Positions 8,447-18,369 of a stretch of 55,682 bases of DNA are shown piece by piece. Each line of letters begins with the position of its first letter. The first letter of the stretch is position 1. The position numbers were made by a program, and so were the translations under genes. The notes under the pieces were generated by a model. It was not told where the DNA came from, ran no database searches, and saw only the letters and a program-made list of their open reading frames with translations. The stretch lies in NCBI GenBank assembly GCA_037445535.1, contig JBBIKI010000005.1:1-55682 (forward strand), read 5' to 3'. This stretch comes from Acidobacteriota bacterium (GTDB lineage: Bacteria; Acidobacteriota; UBA4820; DSQY01).

Positions 8447-10894
8447 TTATGCCGTGCGAAAGCAGGTTCTGCGGAATACGATCTTCACTCCAGGCTCCAA
8501 GGGGATAGAATCGGCCTGAGCACTTGCTTCGTCCACGAGGACGGCCTTGGCCTCCAGTGCGCAGAGCCAGGGCAATTCCTCCACCATCTGGGACAGGCGC
8601 CCCAAGGTGGCGGCGATGCCGGAGGCCGGCGGCAGTCCGAGCCGCAGAAGGACTTCGGCCACGTCCGCGTCGGTCATGGGGGTGATGCGAAGTGCCGACG
8701 GCCTTCCCTGCCTGTGAAGGCGCCAGAGGGGGCCGAAATCGGGGTCCGCGTGGAGCGACAGCCCCAAGCGGATGGCCTTCCGGGGAGGAACTCCTGCCGC
8801 CTTATCTCTGAGGGCGATCCCAAAATGTGCCAGCAGATCGCGCCCTTTCTCCCCGGAGAAGATCTCGGGCGCGTCAGCGCGCATCCGGGCGGCGAGGGCC
8901 GCCTCCACGACGCGCCGGGCCTGGGCGGGGTCCGCGTCCTCATACCAAGGCAAGCGGCCCGGGGGACGGGAGCGAAACGCTACGTAGGGCATGACCCGGG
9001 CCAAAGCCAGCGCCGCAGATTCCGGGAAGCGGTAGGAGGGAAAGACTCGGCGAGGTCCCCCCGATTCTCCCACCGCCGTCGCCCCCACGGGGATCGCGCC
9101 GCTGGCGCCCATGAGGGAGAGGAGGACGGGCTTGGCTTTTCCCGTGGCTTTCTCGGCCCGGATGGCCGCGCGGCGGATGGCGCGGGCCACGGGGCTCGGA
9201 TCGCAGGCCCCCACGCAAGCGAAGGTGGCGATGAGGGCATCCACGTCGTCGTTCTCCATCGCCTCCTTGCAGGCCCGCTCGTAGTGTTCGGCCCTGGCCA
9301 TGGCGCCGAGGTCCATCACTCCCGGGCCCGAGAGGACCATGCCGTGGGCCTCGCACGCGTCGGCGCAGATGGTAGCGATGCCGCCAGAGTTGGCCACGAC
9401 GGCCACGCGGTTTCCGCGAGGAAGAGGCTGAGTCGACAGGAGGAGGGCGATGTCGAACATCTCCTCCAGGGTTTCCGCCCGGATGACGCCCGCCTGCTGG
9501 AAGAGGGCTTCCACCTCCTCGTCGTTCTGCGGGCTGGCCGCGATGTGGGCCAGGGCGACCCTGCGTCCGGCGCCGCTGCGGGCGCTTTTGACGCACAGGA
9601 CGGGCTTCTTGAGCGAGATGCGGCGGGCGATGCGGGCGAAGCGCCGGGGGTTGCCGAAGGTTTCGAGGTAGAGGAGGGCGATGTCGGTCAGGGCGTCTTC
9701 CTCCCAGAACTGGAGAAGGTCGTTGCCCGAGACGTCGGCCCTGTTGCCCGCGGAAACGAAGGTGGAGAAGCCGAGACCACGTTCCGCCGCGTACTGGAGG
9801 ATGATCAGCCCGAGGGCCGCCGAATGGCTGTAGAAGCCGATGCGCCCGAGGGGGGGCATGGTGGTGGCGAGGCTCGCGTTGAGCCGGACGGCCGGGTCGG
9901 TGTTGAGCAACCCCAGGCAGTTGGGGCCCACCATCCGCGCGCCTCGTCCCCGCACGAGCCGGACGAGCCTGTCCTGGCGGCGGCGTCCTTCGGGGCCCGT
10001 TTCGGCGAACCCTGCCGTCAGGACCAGGAGCGCCTTGGCGCCTGCTTTGAGCGCCCGGTCGGCCACGGACAAGACCTTGGAGGCGGGCACGGCGATGATG
10101 GCCAGATCGGGGGGTTCGGGTAACTCCTCAAGGGAAGGATAGGCGCGCACGCCTTCGATGGCCTTGGCTTGGGGGTTCACGGGGTGGGCCGCTCCGGCGA
10201 AGCCCGCCCTGAGGATGTTGCGGAATAGCAGGGTCCCGAGGGCCGATGGCTCCCGCGAGGCCCCGACCACGGCCACGACCTTGGGCTTGATTAGGGGTAC
10301 GAGGGAGTTGGCCGTAGCGATGCGCTCGCGCGTCTCCGCCCGGTCCTGCACGGCGTGGGGGCTGCTCACGGGGAATTCCACGTGAATGACGCCCCCGTCG
10401 ATGGCCTGGGTGGGCTGGAACCCCGAGTTCTTGAACACGTGAATCATGCGGTCATTTTCAGACAGGACGTCCGCCTCGAAGCCCGAATAGCCGTAGCCCG
10501 CGGCGATGCCCGCGAGGCGTTCCAGGATCAAGGTGCTGATGCCCCGGCCCTGGAAGGCGTCGGCCACGAGGAAGGCCACGTCGGCCGCGTTGTGCCCCAT
10601 GCCCACGTAATTGCCGAGGCCCGCCAGGACTTCTTCGCGCCCTTCGCCGATGATGGCCAGCACGCAGGCGCGCTCGCGAGGGTCTCCCGTGCAGAGGTCC
10701 TCGATGAACTTGCGGGGAACTTGGGAAACTCCCGCCATGAAGCGCATGTAGAGGCTCTGCCTGGACATGGCGTCCATAAAACCCGTGACGAGAGGCACGT
10801 CCTGCGGCTGGGCGATGCGAAGGAGAAGGCCCTGGCCGTCCTTGAGGAGCACGAACTCCCGGTATTCCGCGCCGTTGGGAATGATGCTGAACAC
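8447..10894 (-). CDS. Pat-type protein lysine acetyltransferase: N-terminal GNAT fused to an NDP-forming acyl-CoA synthetase-like region
   Basis: GNAT motif VAFLVADAFQGRGISTLIL; CoA-binding region VAVVGASRE...GPNCLG...VSAGNRADVS; degenerate, short C-terminal ATP-grasp remnant; GTG start with GAGGAGG RBS. Confidence 0.85.
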   Translation of the reverse strand: MFSIIPNGAEYREFVLLKDGQGLLLRIAQPQDVPLVTGFMDAMSRQSLYMRFMAGVSQVPRKFIEDLCTGDPRERACVLAIIGEGREEVLAGLGNYVGMGHNAADVAFLVADAFQGRGISTLILERLAGIAAGYGYSGFEADVLSENDRMIHVFKNSGFQPTQAIDGGVIHVEFPVSSPHAVQDRAETRERIATANSLVPLIKPKVVAVVGASREPSALGTLLFRNILRAGFAGAAHPVNPQAKAIEGVRAYPSLEELPEPPDLAIIAVPASKVLSVADRALKAGAKALLVLTAGFAETGPEGRRRQDRLVRLVRGRGARMVGPNCLGLLNTDPAVRLNASLATTMPPLGRIGFYSHSAALGLIILQYAAERGLGFSTFVSAGNRADVSGNDLLQFWEEDALTDIALLYLETFGNPRRFARIARRISLKKPVLCVKSARSGAGRRVALAHIAASPQNDEEVEALFQQAGVIRAETLEEMFDIALLLSTQPLPRGNRVAVVANSGGIATICADACEAHGMVLSGPGVMDLGAMARAEHYERACKEAMENDDVDALIATFACVGACDPSPVARAIRRAAIRAEKATGKAKPVLLSLMGASGAIPVGATAVGESGGPRRVFPSYRFPESAALALARVMPYVAFRSRPPGRLPWYEDADPAQARRVVEAALAARMRADAPEIFSGEKGRDLLAHFGIALRDKAAGVPPRKAIRLGLSLHADPDFGPLWRLHRQGRPSALRITPMTDADVAEVLLRLGLPPASGIAATLGRLSQMVEELPWLCALEAKAVLVDEASAQADSIPLEPGVKIVFRRTCFRTA

Positions 10895-10929
10895 GTCACG
10901 CCTCCTCGCGGGTCCATGGCCATAAATGC

Positions 10930-10957
10930 ACTATAAATATACTCCCGCTCGGGCCAA
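10930..10957 (-). promoter_or_regulatory. Putative sigma70 promoter for pat-acuB-acuC
   Basis: Minus strand reads TTGGCC-N16-TATAGT about 35 nt upstream of the pat start, in an AT-rich patch. Confidence 0.4.
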
Positions 10958-10996
10958 AAAAGCAGGGGCGGGGGGAGCCTGGGCTCCTCCCGCCCC
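10956..10996 (-). terminator. Intrinsic terminator after acs
   Basis: Minus strand GGGGCGGGAGGAGC-loop-GCTCCCCCCGCCCC followed by TGCTTTTTT. Confidence 0.75.
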
Positions 10997-11026
10997 AAAC
11001 TGCAGGATCGATGGACGAGAAGCAGC

Positions 11027-13066
11027 CTATCCCTCCTTCTGGACGGTGACGCGGATGATCTCCACCACGTCCGGGTTGGCGAGAGTGGTGATGTCGCCCG
11101 TGGCGCCCCTCGTGGAAATGGCCGCCAGGACCCGGCGCATGATCTTGCCCGAGCGCGTTTTGGGCATGTCCGGAACGATCCAGACGTTCTTGGGCTTGGC
11201 GATGGGGCCGATGTGGTCGCTCAGCGCCTGAGCGATGCGTACGCCCAGCTCAGGGGTGGCCTTGTAACCCGGCTTTAGGGAGACGTACAACTCGGGGATG
11301 CGGCCCTTGAGCTCGTCGGGAACGGGCACGACGGCGGCCTCGGCCACTTCGGGAACGGTGAGGGCTGCGCTCTCCAGCTCCTTGGTGCCGAGCCTGTGCC
11401 CCGCCACGTTGATGACGTCGTCGATGCGGCCCAGGATGCGGAAATAGCCGTCCTTAGCGTACACGGCGCCGTCGCCGGCCACGTAGGGCCAATCGTGCCA
11501 GTCCGTGCTGTTGGGGTCTTTGCAGTAGCGCTGGAAGTACACCTTGGTCATGCGCTCGGGGTCGCCCCAGATGGTCTGCATGAGGCCCGGCCACGGGTTG
11601 CGGATGCAGATGTTTCCGGCCTTGCCCGCGCCGGCAGGAAGCTCGTTCCCCTCATCGTCGAAGATGATGGGATAGATGCCCGGCACGCCGGGGCCGGCGC
11701 TGCCCGGTTTCATGGGCGCGAGGGCCGGGACGGTGCTGCACAGGAACCCGCCCGTCTCCGTCTGCCACCACGTGTCCACGATGACGGCCTCTTTCTTGCC
11801 GACGACGTTGTAGTACCAGCGCCAGACCTCGGGTTCGATGGGTTCGCCCACGGTGGTCATGTGCTTGAAGTGATAGTTGTACTTCTTGGGGATCTCCTCT
11901 CCCGCCCGGCGCAGGGCGCGAATGGCGGTGGGGGATGTGTGGAAGATGTTGACGCCCAACTCCTCGGCGATGCGCCAGGAGCGTCCCGCGTCGGGATGGG
12001 TGGGGATGCCTTCGTAGATCACGGATGACGTGCCCAGGGCGAGGGGCCCGTAGACGATGTAGGAATGCCCCGTGATCCAGCCGATGTCCGCCATGCACCA
12101 GTACACGTCCTCGGGGTGGATGTCCTGGATGTATTTGGACGTTCCCGTGACGTAGGCGAGGTAGCCGCCGGTGCTGTGCTGGCAGGCCTTGGGACGCCCC
12201 GTGCTTCCGCTGGTGTACATGAGGAACAGGGGGTCCGTGGCGAGCATGTGCTCGGGCTCGATGCGGTGGCCCCGGTATTTGGGCAGGAGGTCGTTGATGA
12301 TGAAATCGCGCCCCTCAATCAGAGGCGTCTCCGCGGAGTACTTGCCGGGATAGCGCTCCCAGACCAGCACCTTCTCGGGCGGGGCGTCCTCCTCCTTGGC
12401 CTTGTCCACGGCGATGTCGGCGTTCTTCTTGTGGTCCAGGAGCTTGCCGGCGCGGTAATAGGAGTCCATGGTAATAAGCACGCGGCTCTGGGAATCGGCG
12501 ATGCGCTCGCCGCAGGCCTGGCCCGAGAATCCGCTGAAAACCTGGGAGTGGATCACGCCCAGCCGGGCGCACGCCAGCATGGTGATGGGCAGTTCGGCGG
12601 TCATGGGAAGATGCAGCGTCACGCGATCGCCGCGCTTGAGCCCGCAGAAGTCGCGCAGGACGGCCGCGAACTCGTTCACGCGCACCCAGAGCTCCTGGTA
12701 GGTGACGTGCTGGATGGGCTCGTTTTCCGGCTCCGGCACGAAGTGGAGAGCGGTCTTGTTCCTGTTCTTCGCCAGGTTCCGGTCCACGCAATTGAAGCAG
12801 GCGTTGATTTCACCTCCCACGAACCACTTCCAGAAGGGGGGATTGGACGTGTCCAGGGTCTTCGTCCAGGGCTTGTACCAGGTCAGGAGGTCGGCGTACT
12901 CCTTGTAGCACTCGGGGAAGTTCTTCTCGCTGAACCGCTCGAAAACGGCCGGGTCGGCGAGATTGGCCTGGGCCACGAAAGAAGCAGGGGGCTGGTACAG
13001 TTCCTCCTCTTTCCAGTGAACCGCGAGCTGGGCTTCGTTGGGTTCGGTCGATTCATTAGACGCCAT
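11027..13066 (-). CDS. acs: Acetyl-CoA synthetase (AMP-forming)
   Basis: YTSGSTGRPK, ADIGWITGHSY, DTWWQTETGG, GRIDDVINVAGHRLG and the acetylation-site motif PKTRSGKIMRR. Likely start is ATG 13066 after a GGAGG RBS. Confidence 0.95.
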   Translation of the reverse strand: MASNESTEPNEAQLAVHWKEEELYQPPASFVAQANLADPAVFERFSEKNFPECYKEYADLLTWYKPWTKTLDTSNPPFWKWFVGGEINACFNCVDRNLAKNRNKTALHFVPEPENEPIQHVTYQELWVRVNEFAAVLRDFCGLKRGDRVTLHLPMTAELPITMLACARLGVIHSQVFSGFSGQACGERIADSQSRVLITMDSYYRAGKLLDHKKNADIAVDKAKEEDAPPEKVLVWERYPGKYSAETPLIEGRDFIINDLLPKYRGHRIEPEHMLATDPLFLMYTSGSTGRPKACQHSTGGYLAYVTGTSKYIQDIHPEDVYWCMADIGWITGHSYIVYGPLALGTSSVIYEGIPTHPDAGRSWRIAEELGVNIFHTSPTAIRALRRAGEEIPKKYNYHFKHMTTVGEPIEPEVWRWYYNVVGKKEAVIVDTWWQTETGGFLCSTVPALAPMKPGSAGPGVPGIYPIIFDDEGNELPAGAGKAGNICIRNPWPGLMQTIWGDPERMTKVYFQRYCKDPNSTDWHDWPYVAGDGAVYAKDGYFRILGRIDDVINVAGHRLGTKELESAALTVPEVAEAAVVPVPDELKGRIPELYVSLKPGYKATPELGVRIAQALSDHIGPIAKPKNVWIVPDMPKTRSGKIMRRVLAAISTRGATGDITTLANPDVVEIIRVTVQKEG

Positions 13067-13132
13067 GGCAGAGGCCTCCTTCAGAAAGCGGGGGACGAGA
13101 ACCACTGAGCAATACGATCAACGGACCTTGGC

Positions 13133-14383
13133 TCATGCAAGGGCGGCCTTCTCCGGCGGCTTGATGGTCGCCATGACCAGCGCGACGATGATCAGGCAGG
13201 CCCCGGCGATCATGAAGGCGGGCATCCAGGCGGCAACGCCTTTCCCCGCACCCATGTCCTTGAAGTAGCCCCCCATGACGGGCCCCAGGATGCCTCCCAC
13301 GCCGTAGGACGTGAAGACCCATCCGTAGTTCCGTGCCACGGTGGCGGACCCGAAGAAATCGGCCGTGATGGCCGGGAAGAGGGCGAAGTTACCGCCGAAA
13401 TTAAACCCGATGATGGCCGCGCCCAGATAGAGGGCGTATTCATTGCCGGCCATAAAATAGAAAGCGAACATCATAATGCCCTGGATGAGACACATGAGGA
13501 CGATGGAGCGCTTGCGGCCCAGTTTATCGGAGAAGGAGCCCCATGCGATGCGGCCGATGCCGTTGGAGATCGCGTAGAAGACCCCCATGGCCGTGCCCGC
13601 CATGAGAGCCGCTTGGGCCCCGTCAATACCCGAGGCCACGAGGGCGTCCTTGGCGAAGAGGGCGATGATGCCGATGACCATGAGTCCGGCGCCAGCGCCG
13701 ATCATGAAGGTGAGCCAGATGATGTAGAACTGGGGAGTTTTCAGGGTCTGGCTGGGCAACATGCCGCTGGGTATGCCGGCCCCCGTCGCTCCCTTGGCGG
13801 CTGCTTCAAACTCCTTGGGCTTAACCATCCAAATGGAGCCCACCAGGACGGCGACGAGGAAGATGAATCCGTAAATCCTGAACGTGCCCAGAACTCCGTA
13901 GGTCTTGATCAAATTGGCCCAGGGGCCAGCGAGCTTGACCCAGATCAGGGCGCCGAATCCGAATCCCGCCACGGCGATGCCGGTGATGAGGCCCTTGTTT
14001 TTGGGGAACCATTGAATGCCCACCGCGATGGGACAGACGTAGGCGAGGCCGATGCCCGCGCCGCCGATGACCCCTATGCAGACGAGCATGCCCCAGAACG
14101 TTCCGCCAAAGAACGAAGCAAGGATGTATCCCGTGCCTAGAAGGACGCCGCCGAGCGCCGCCACCATGCGGGGCCCCACCTTGGCCTGCCATTTTCCTGC
14201 CAGGACCATAACCACTGCGAAGACCGCCAGGCCAACCGAGAAGACCCATTGGCTCTCGGCCGCCGTGAAGTGGAAATCACCATTCTTCGCCGTGAGAGCT
14301 CCCGCGAAAGCCGCCCAGGCGTAGATGGCTCCAAGGCTCAACTGGATGAGAAGGGCTCCAAGCACAACAAACCAACGGTTCAT
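13133..14383 (-). CDS. OFA-family (oxalate:formate antiporter-like) MFS transporter
   Basis: About 12 hydrophobic segments; GAIYAW, GLAYVCPI...WFPKNKGLITG, GRIAWGSFSDKLGR, GGNFALFP. Confidence 0.88.
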   Translation of the reverse strand: MNRWFVVLGALLIQLSLGAIYAWAAFAGALTAKNGDFHFTAAESQWVFSVGLAVFAVVMVLAGKWQAKVGPRMVAALGGVLLGTGYILASFFGGTFWGMLVCIGVIGGAGIGLAYVCPIAVGIQWFPKNKGLITGIAVAGFGFGALIWVKLAGPWANLIKTYGVLGTFRIYGFIFLVAVLVGSIWMVKPKEFEAAAKGATGAGIPSGMLPSQTLKTPQFYIIWLTFMIGAGAGLMVIGIIALFAKDALVASGIDGAQAALMAGTAMGVFYAISNGIGRIAWGSFSDKLGRKRSIVLMCLIQGIMMFAFYFMAGNEYALYLGAAIIGFNFGGNFALFPAITADFFGSATVARNYGWVFTSYGVGGILGPVMGGYFKDMGAGKGVAAWMPAFMIAGACLIIVALVMATIKPPEKAALA

Positions 14384-14439
14384 TCGAACCTCCCTTGAGA
14401 CGTGCCGTTCAATTCACAACGTACCCGCGTAGGCCGCGC

Positions 14440-15843
14440 TTAAAAGGAGTACATCACGCTCAGGGCGATTTGGTTGCCGTCGGTGGTCATGACAGGGGAG
14501 GTGATCGCAGTGTAGGAGTCTAATTGGGCGTGCAGCCACTCGAGGCCAAGGGCGTAAGGCCCGACCTTGTAGCGGAACATCACGTCGCTCTGCCAGTTCT
14601 TGAGCCTGCCGCCAGCCGCGACCCATTGGCGGACGTCCTTGTCGTTCGGGTTGTCAACGCCGTAGAAGGCGAAGGCGGAAAAGCGGTCGGTGAAGTTGTA
14701 GCCCACCTGCATCCACCCGCCCCAGCCGGCGATGTCACCAAATTGGGTGAGGTTGCCGAACTGCTGCCCGATGGCGCGGCCGTAGTAGACGTTGCCCTGG
14801 AGCATGAACTTGGCGAGGTCAAACTTATAGCCCGCCTCATAGGCCTTGCCGCTCATGGTGCTGTGCTCGGGGCCAGGGCCTGAGTTGAGCCCGTTGACTC
14901 CCGCCAGATTCTTGGAGTCATAGTGGCCGACGATGTAGGCGCTCCACGCTGCGTTGGGGGAGAACTTCCCGCTGAAGTTGAAGCGCGCTTCGATCTGGGG
15001 CCGGAACCCCACGCTCCCGGCGCTCTGCCAGCCAAGGTTGTTGCCGGGGCCGTTCCAGGAGCCCTGGAAGATTCCTCCCACGAACTGCACTTTCGTGGAA
15101 GCGTTCTTACCCGTCAGATCCTGGTAAATGTAAAGGCCGGGGAACCTCCAGCCGATGTCACCGGCGGAGCCGTACCCCAGCGGGAAAGCAATGTGCGACA
15201 TGGAAACGGGCACGTTGCCGAAGAGGGGAGACCAGTCTTGCCCGAGCCTTATGGTGGTACCACCCTTCTGCAGGTCCACATAGGCCAACCGCAGGCGCGG
15301 CGTTTCCTGCTCGTTGCTGAAGGCTCCCGTTCCATTATAGCCCCCGAAGAAGTCGCCCTCGATCACGCTGTGGACGTTCCATCCGTTGGCGAGCTTGGGG
15401 CCATCGAAATCAAGGGTGAGCCTGGTGTTGCGCATGTCCCCTCCGCTGAACCACCGGTTATGCGCGGACTGCGGCGGCGAGGGCCACTGGGCGTTTTGGC
15501 CGTTTCCGAACTCAAAAGATTGGTCTTGGGTGAAGAAGGTTCCGTCAATAAAGCCCTTGATGGTGAGGACTTCGCCTCCACCAGTTTTGACCGTCACGGG
15601 CGGAGCTGCCACTTTCTCGGCCTTGGCGGCCGGAAGCTCGGCTACGGTCTTTTGGGCCTCCGCGAGTTGTGCCTTCGTCTCGGCCAGGCTCTTTTCGAGC
15701 TGGTCGACGCGCTGGACGAGCTTTTGGAGCGTGTCAGAATCAGTCTGGGCAAAAGATGGAAGGGCGATGAAGCTGAGAAGGATGGTGCACAGAACGGTGA
15801 TCACACCTAGTTTAGCCAGCTTTTTCATATCCATTCCCGTCAT
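14440..15843 (-). CDS. DcaP-like outer-membrane porin with N-terminal coiled coil
   Basis: Signal peptide, coiled coil (LQKLVQRVDQLEKSL), beta-strand-rich body with RNTRL, IEGDFFG, PRLRLAYV, GQDWS, and a C-terminal Phe (YSF). Confidence 0.75.
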   Translation of the reverse strand: MTGMDMKKLAKLGVITVLCTILLSFIALPSFAQTDSDTLQKLVQRVDQLEKSLAETKAQLAEAQKTVAELPAAKAEKVAAPPVTVKTGGGEVLTIKGFIDGTFFTQDQSFEFGNGQNAQWPSPPQSAHNRWFSGGDMRNTRLTLDFDGPKLANGWNVHSVIEGDFFGGYNGTGAFSNEQETPRLRLAYVDLQKGGTTIRLGQDWSPLFGNVPVSMSHIAFPLGYGSAGDIGWRFPGLYIYQDLTGKNASTKVQFVGGIFQGSWNGPGNNLGWQSAGSVGFRPQIEARFNFSGKFSPNAAWSAYIVGHYDSKNLAGVNGLNSGPGPEHSTMSGKAYEAGYKFDLAKFMLQGNVYYGRAIGQQFGNLTQFGDIAGWGGWMQVGYNFTDRFSAFAFYGVDNPNDKDVRQWVAAGGRLKNWQSDVMFRYKVGPYALGLEWLHAQLDSYTAITSPVMTTDGNQIALSVMYSF

Positions 15844-15980
15844 CCCTTTCTCCCCCCCCGACCTGTATCCGTGGCCGGTTGATCAAGGTTCCGACTCTTG
15901 TTCCACCTCCTTTCCGAAGGTTTCGCCGGGCCGGTGAATGACGGGTTGTCTGGTCTAAGCCCTAACTTTCCCACGCTAAG

Positions 15981-16020
15981 AAGCAAAAACCGGACAGGGG
16001 CAACATCCCCCCCCGTCCGG
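15981..16020 (-). terminator. Intrinsic terminator after tatA
   Basis: Minus strand CCGGACGGGG...CCCCTGTCCGG followed by TTTTTG. Confidence 0.7.
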
Positions 16021-16091
16021 CCGGCTACGTTTCGGCGCACTGGGCGGGCTCTCCATTCCCGCCAGCAGGCCGCGGCTGATCTCTCAGAAGC

Positions 16092-16388
16092 TCAAGACAA
16101 GGCCTTCCCGCATTTGGGGCAGAAGGCCGCCTCCGGGTCCGGCACCGCCGCGCCGCACTTGGCGCAGAAGCGCGAGTCCGCAGAGGCTGCCGAACCGCCG
16201 TTCTTTTTCGGGTCTTCCGCCATGCCCTCGCGCATCTCCGACTTGAAGTTCTTGATGGTTTTGCCCATGGCCCCGCCCAACTGGGGAAGCTTGGACGCGC
16301 CGAATATCAGCACGAGGATGATCAGGATGATGATGAGTTCGGGCGTTCCAATGGTGCCGAAGAGGGCGAGGGCGGTCAAGAAGGCCAT
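16092..16388 (-). CDS. tatA: TatA/E family twin-arginine translocase subunit with C-terminal zinc ribbon
   Basis: IGTPELIIILIILVLIFGASKLPQLG...IKNFK TatA signature followed by CAKC-x12-CPKC. Confidence 0.85.
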   Translation of the reverse strand: MAFLTALALFGTIGTPELIIILIILVLIFGASKLPQLGGAMGKTIKNFKSEMREGMAEDPKKNGGSAASADSRFCAKCGAAVPDPEAAFCPKCGKALS

Positions 16389-16397
16389 GAACGCTCC

Positions 16398-17617
16398 TTA
16401 TTCAACGATGACCTTTCGGTACTTCAATTTCCCCACCCGGAGAACATAGCACGCCTTGACGTTTCTGAAAAGCAAGGCCTTCGGGTCGGTGACCTTTTCC
16501 CCATCGAGCGTCACGCCCCCCTGCTCCAGGAGGCGCCTGGCTCCGTTTCCCGAAGAGCACAGCCCCAGCTCCACCAAGAGCTTGTAGAGCGGAAGGGCCT
16601 CCGGGCCGAGGGCGATGCGGGCCTCCTCCATGGCCTCGGGGTCCTCACGCTTGGAGAACACCCTGTCGAAATGCTCGGCGGCGCCCTGGGCCGCCCCAGC
16701 GCCATGATAATAGGAAACGAGGGTGGCGGCCAGATCCCTCTTGGCCTTCATGGGATGGAGGGCGCCGGAGGCGACCCTGGCTTTCAATGCGTCCACCTCC
16801 GAAGGGGTCAGGTCGGTGGTGAGGAGGAAATAGCGCCACATCATGGCGTCCGAGACGCTCATCACCTTGCCGTAGATGTCCTCAGGCTCTTCGTTGATGC
16901 CGATGTAATTTCCGAGGGATTTGGACATTTTCTCCACCCCGTCGGTGCCCTCAAGGAGGGGTACCGTGAGGACCACCTGCTCCTCCAGGCCGTACTCCCT
17001 CATGATGTCCCGGCCCACAAGGAGGTTGAAGAGCTGGTCCGTCCCCCCCAGTTCCACGTCCGCCTTGAGCGCCACTGAGTCGTAGGCCTGTGCCAAGGGG
17101 TAGAGAAACTCATGAATGTGGATGGGCAACTGGCCGTGGAAGCGCTTCTTGAAATCGTCCCGCTCCAGCATCCTGGCCACGGTGTATTTGCCGGCGAGGC
17201 GGATGAAGCCCTCGGCACCAAGCTGGGAGAGCCATTCGGAGTTGAACCGGATGGAGGTCGCTTCCCGGTCCAGGATCTTGAAGACCTGCCTGCGGTAGGT
17301 TTGGGCGTTCTCCGCGACCTGCTCCCGGGTCAGCTGGGGGCGGGTGCTTTTTTTGCCCGTGGGGTCGCCGATCATGCCGGTAAAATCCCCGATGACGAAG
17401 ACCACGGTGTGGCCCAGGTCCTGAAAGTGCTTCATCTTGCGAAGGACCACCGTGTGCCCCAGGTGCAGGTCGGGGGCCGACGGATCGAAGCCGGCCTTGA
17501 TGACCAGAGGCTCTCCGGATTTCTCCGCCCGCTGGAGCTTCTTCAGGAGGAGGGCCTCGTCCACCAGGTTCACGGCCCCTTTCGTCAGGTAGGCGAGGGC
17601 GTCGCCGGTGCTCATGG

Positions 17618-17621
<4 letters not shown>
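16398..17621 (-). CDS. tyrS: Tyrosine--tRNA ligase
   Basis: [13 protein letters not shown] (HIGH), [15 protein letters not shown], and a C-terminal S4 domain. Confidence 0.97.
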
Positions 17622-18280
<659 letters not shown>

Positions 18281-18369
18281 CCCACGCCCCTCCAGGCCCG
18301 GGAATCTCGGACCGCTAATGCCGGTACTTTACCATGCCGTACAGTTCGAGTGGCAAGGGGGCAGGATCG

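Noticed and set aside
8330-10123. 597-aa plus-strand ORF and similar long antisense ORFs across the window (e.g. 27680-29101, 51913-53736)
   Set aside because: They lie opposite well-supported genes and have no recognisable motifs.
16040-16094. TGA stop of tatA followed by a hairpin as a possible SECIS
   Set aside because: The loop starts with AA and lies about 34 nt away, and the protein ends naturally after the zinc ribbon.
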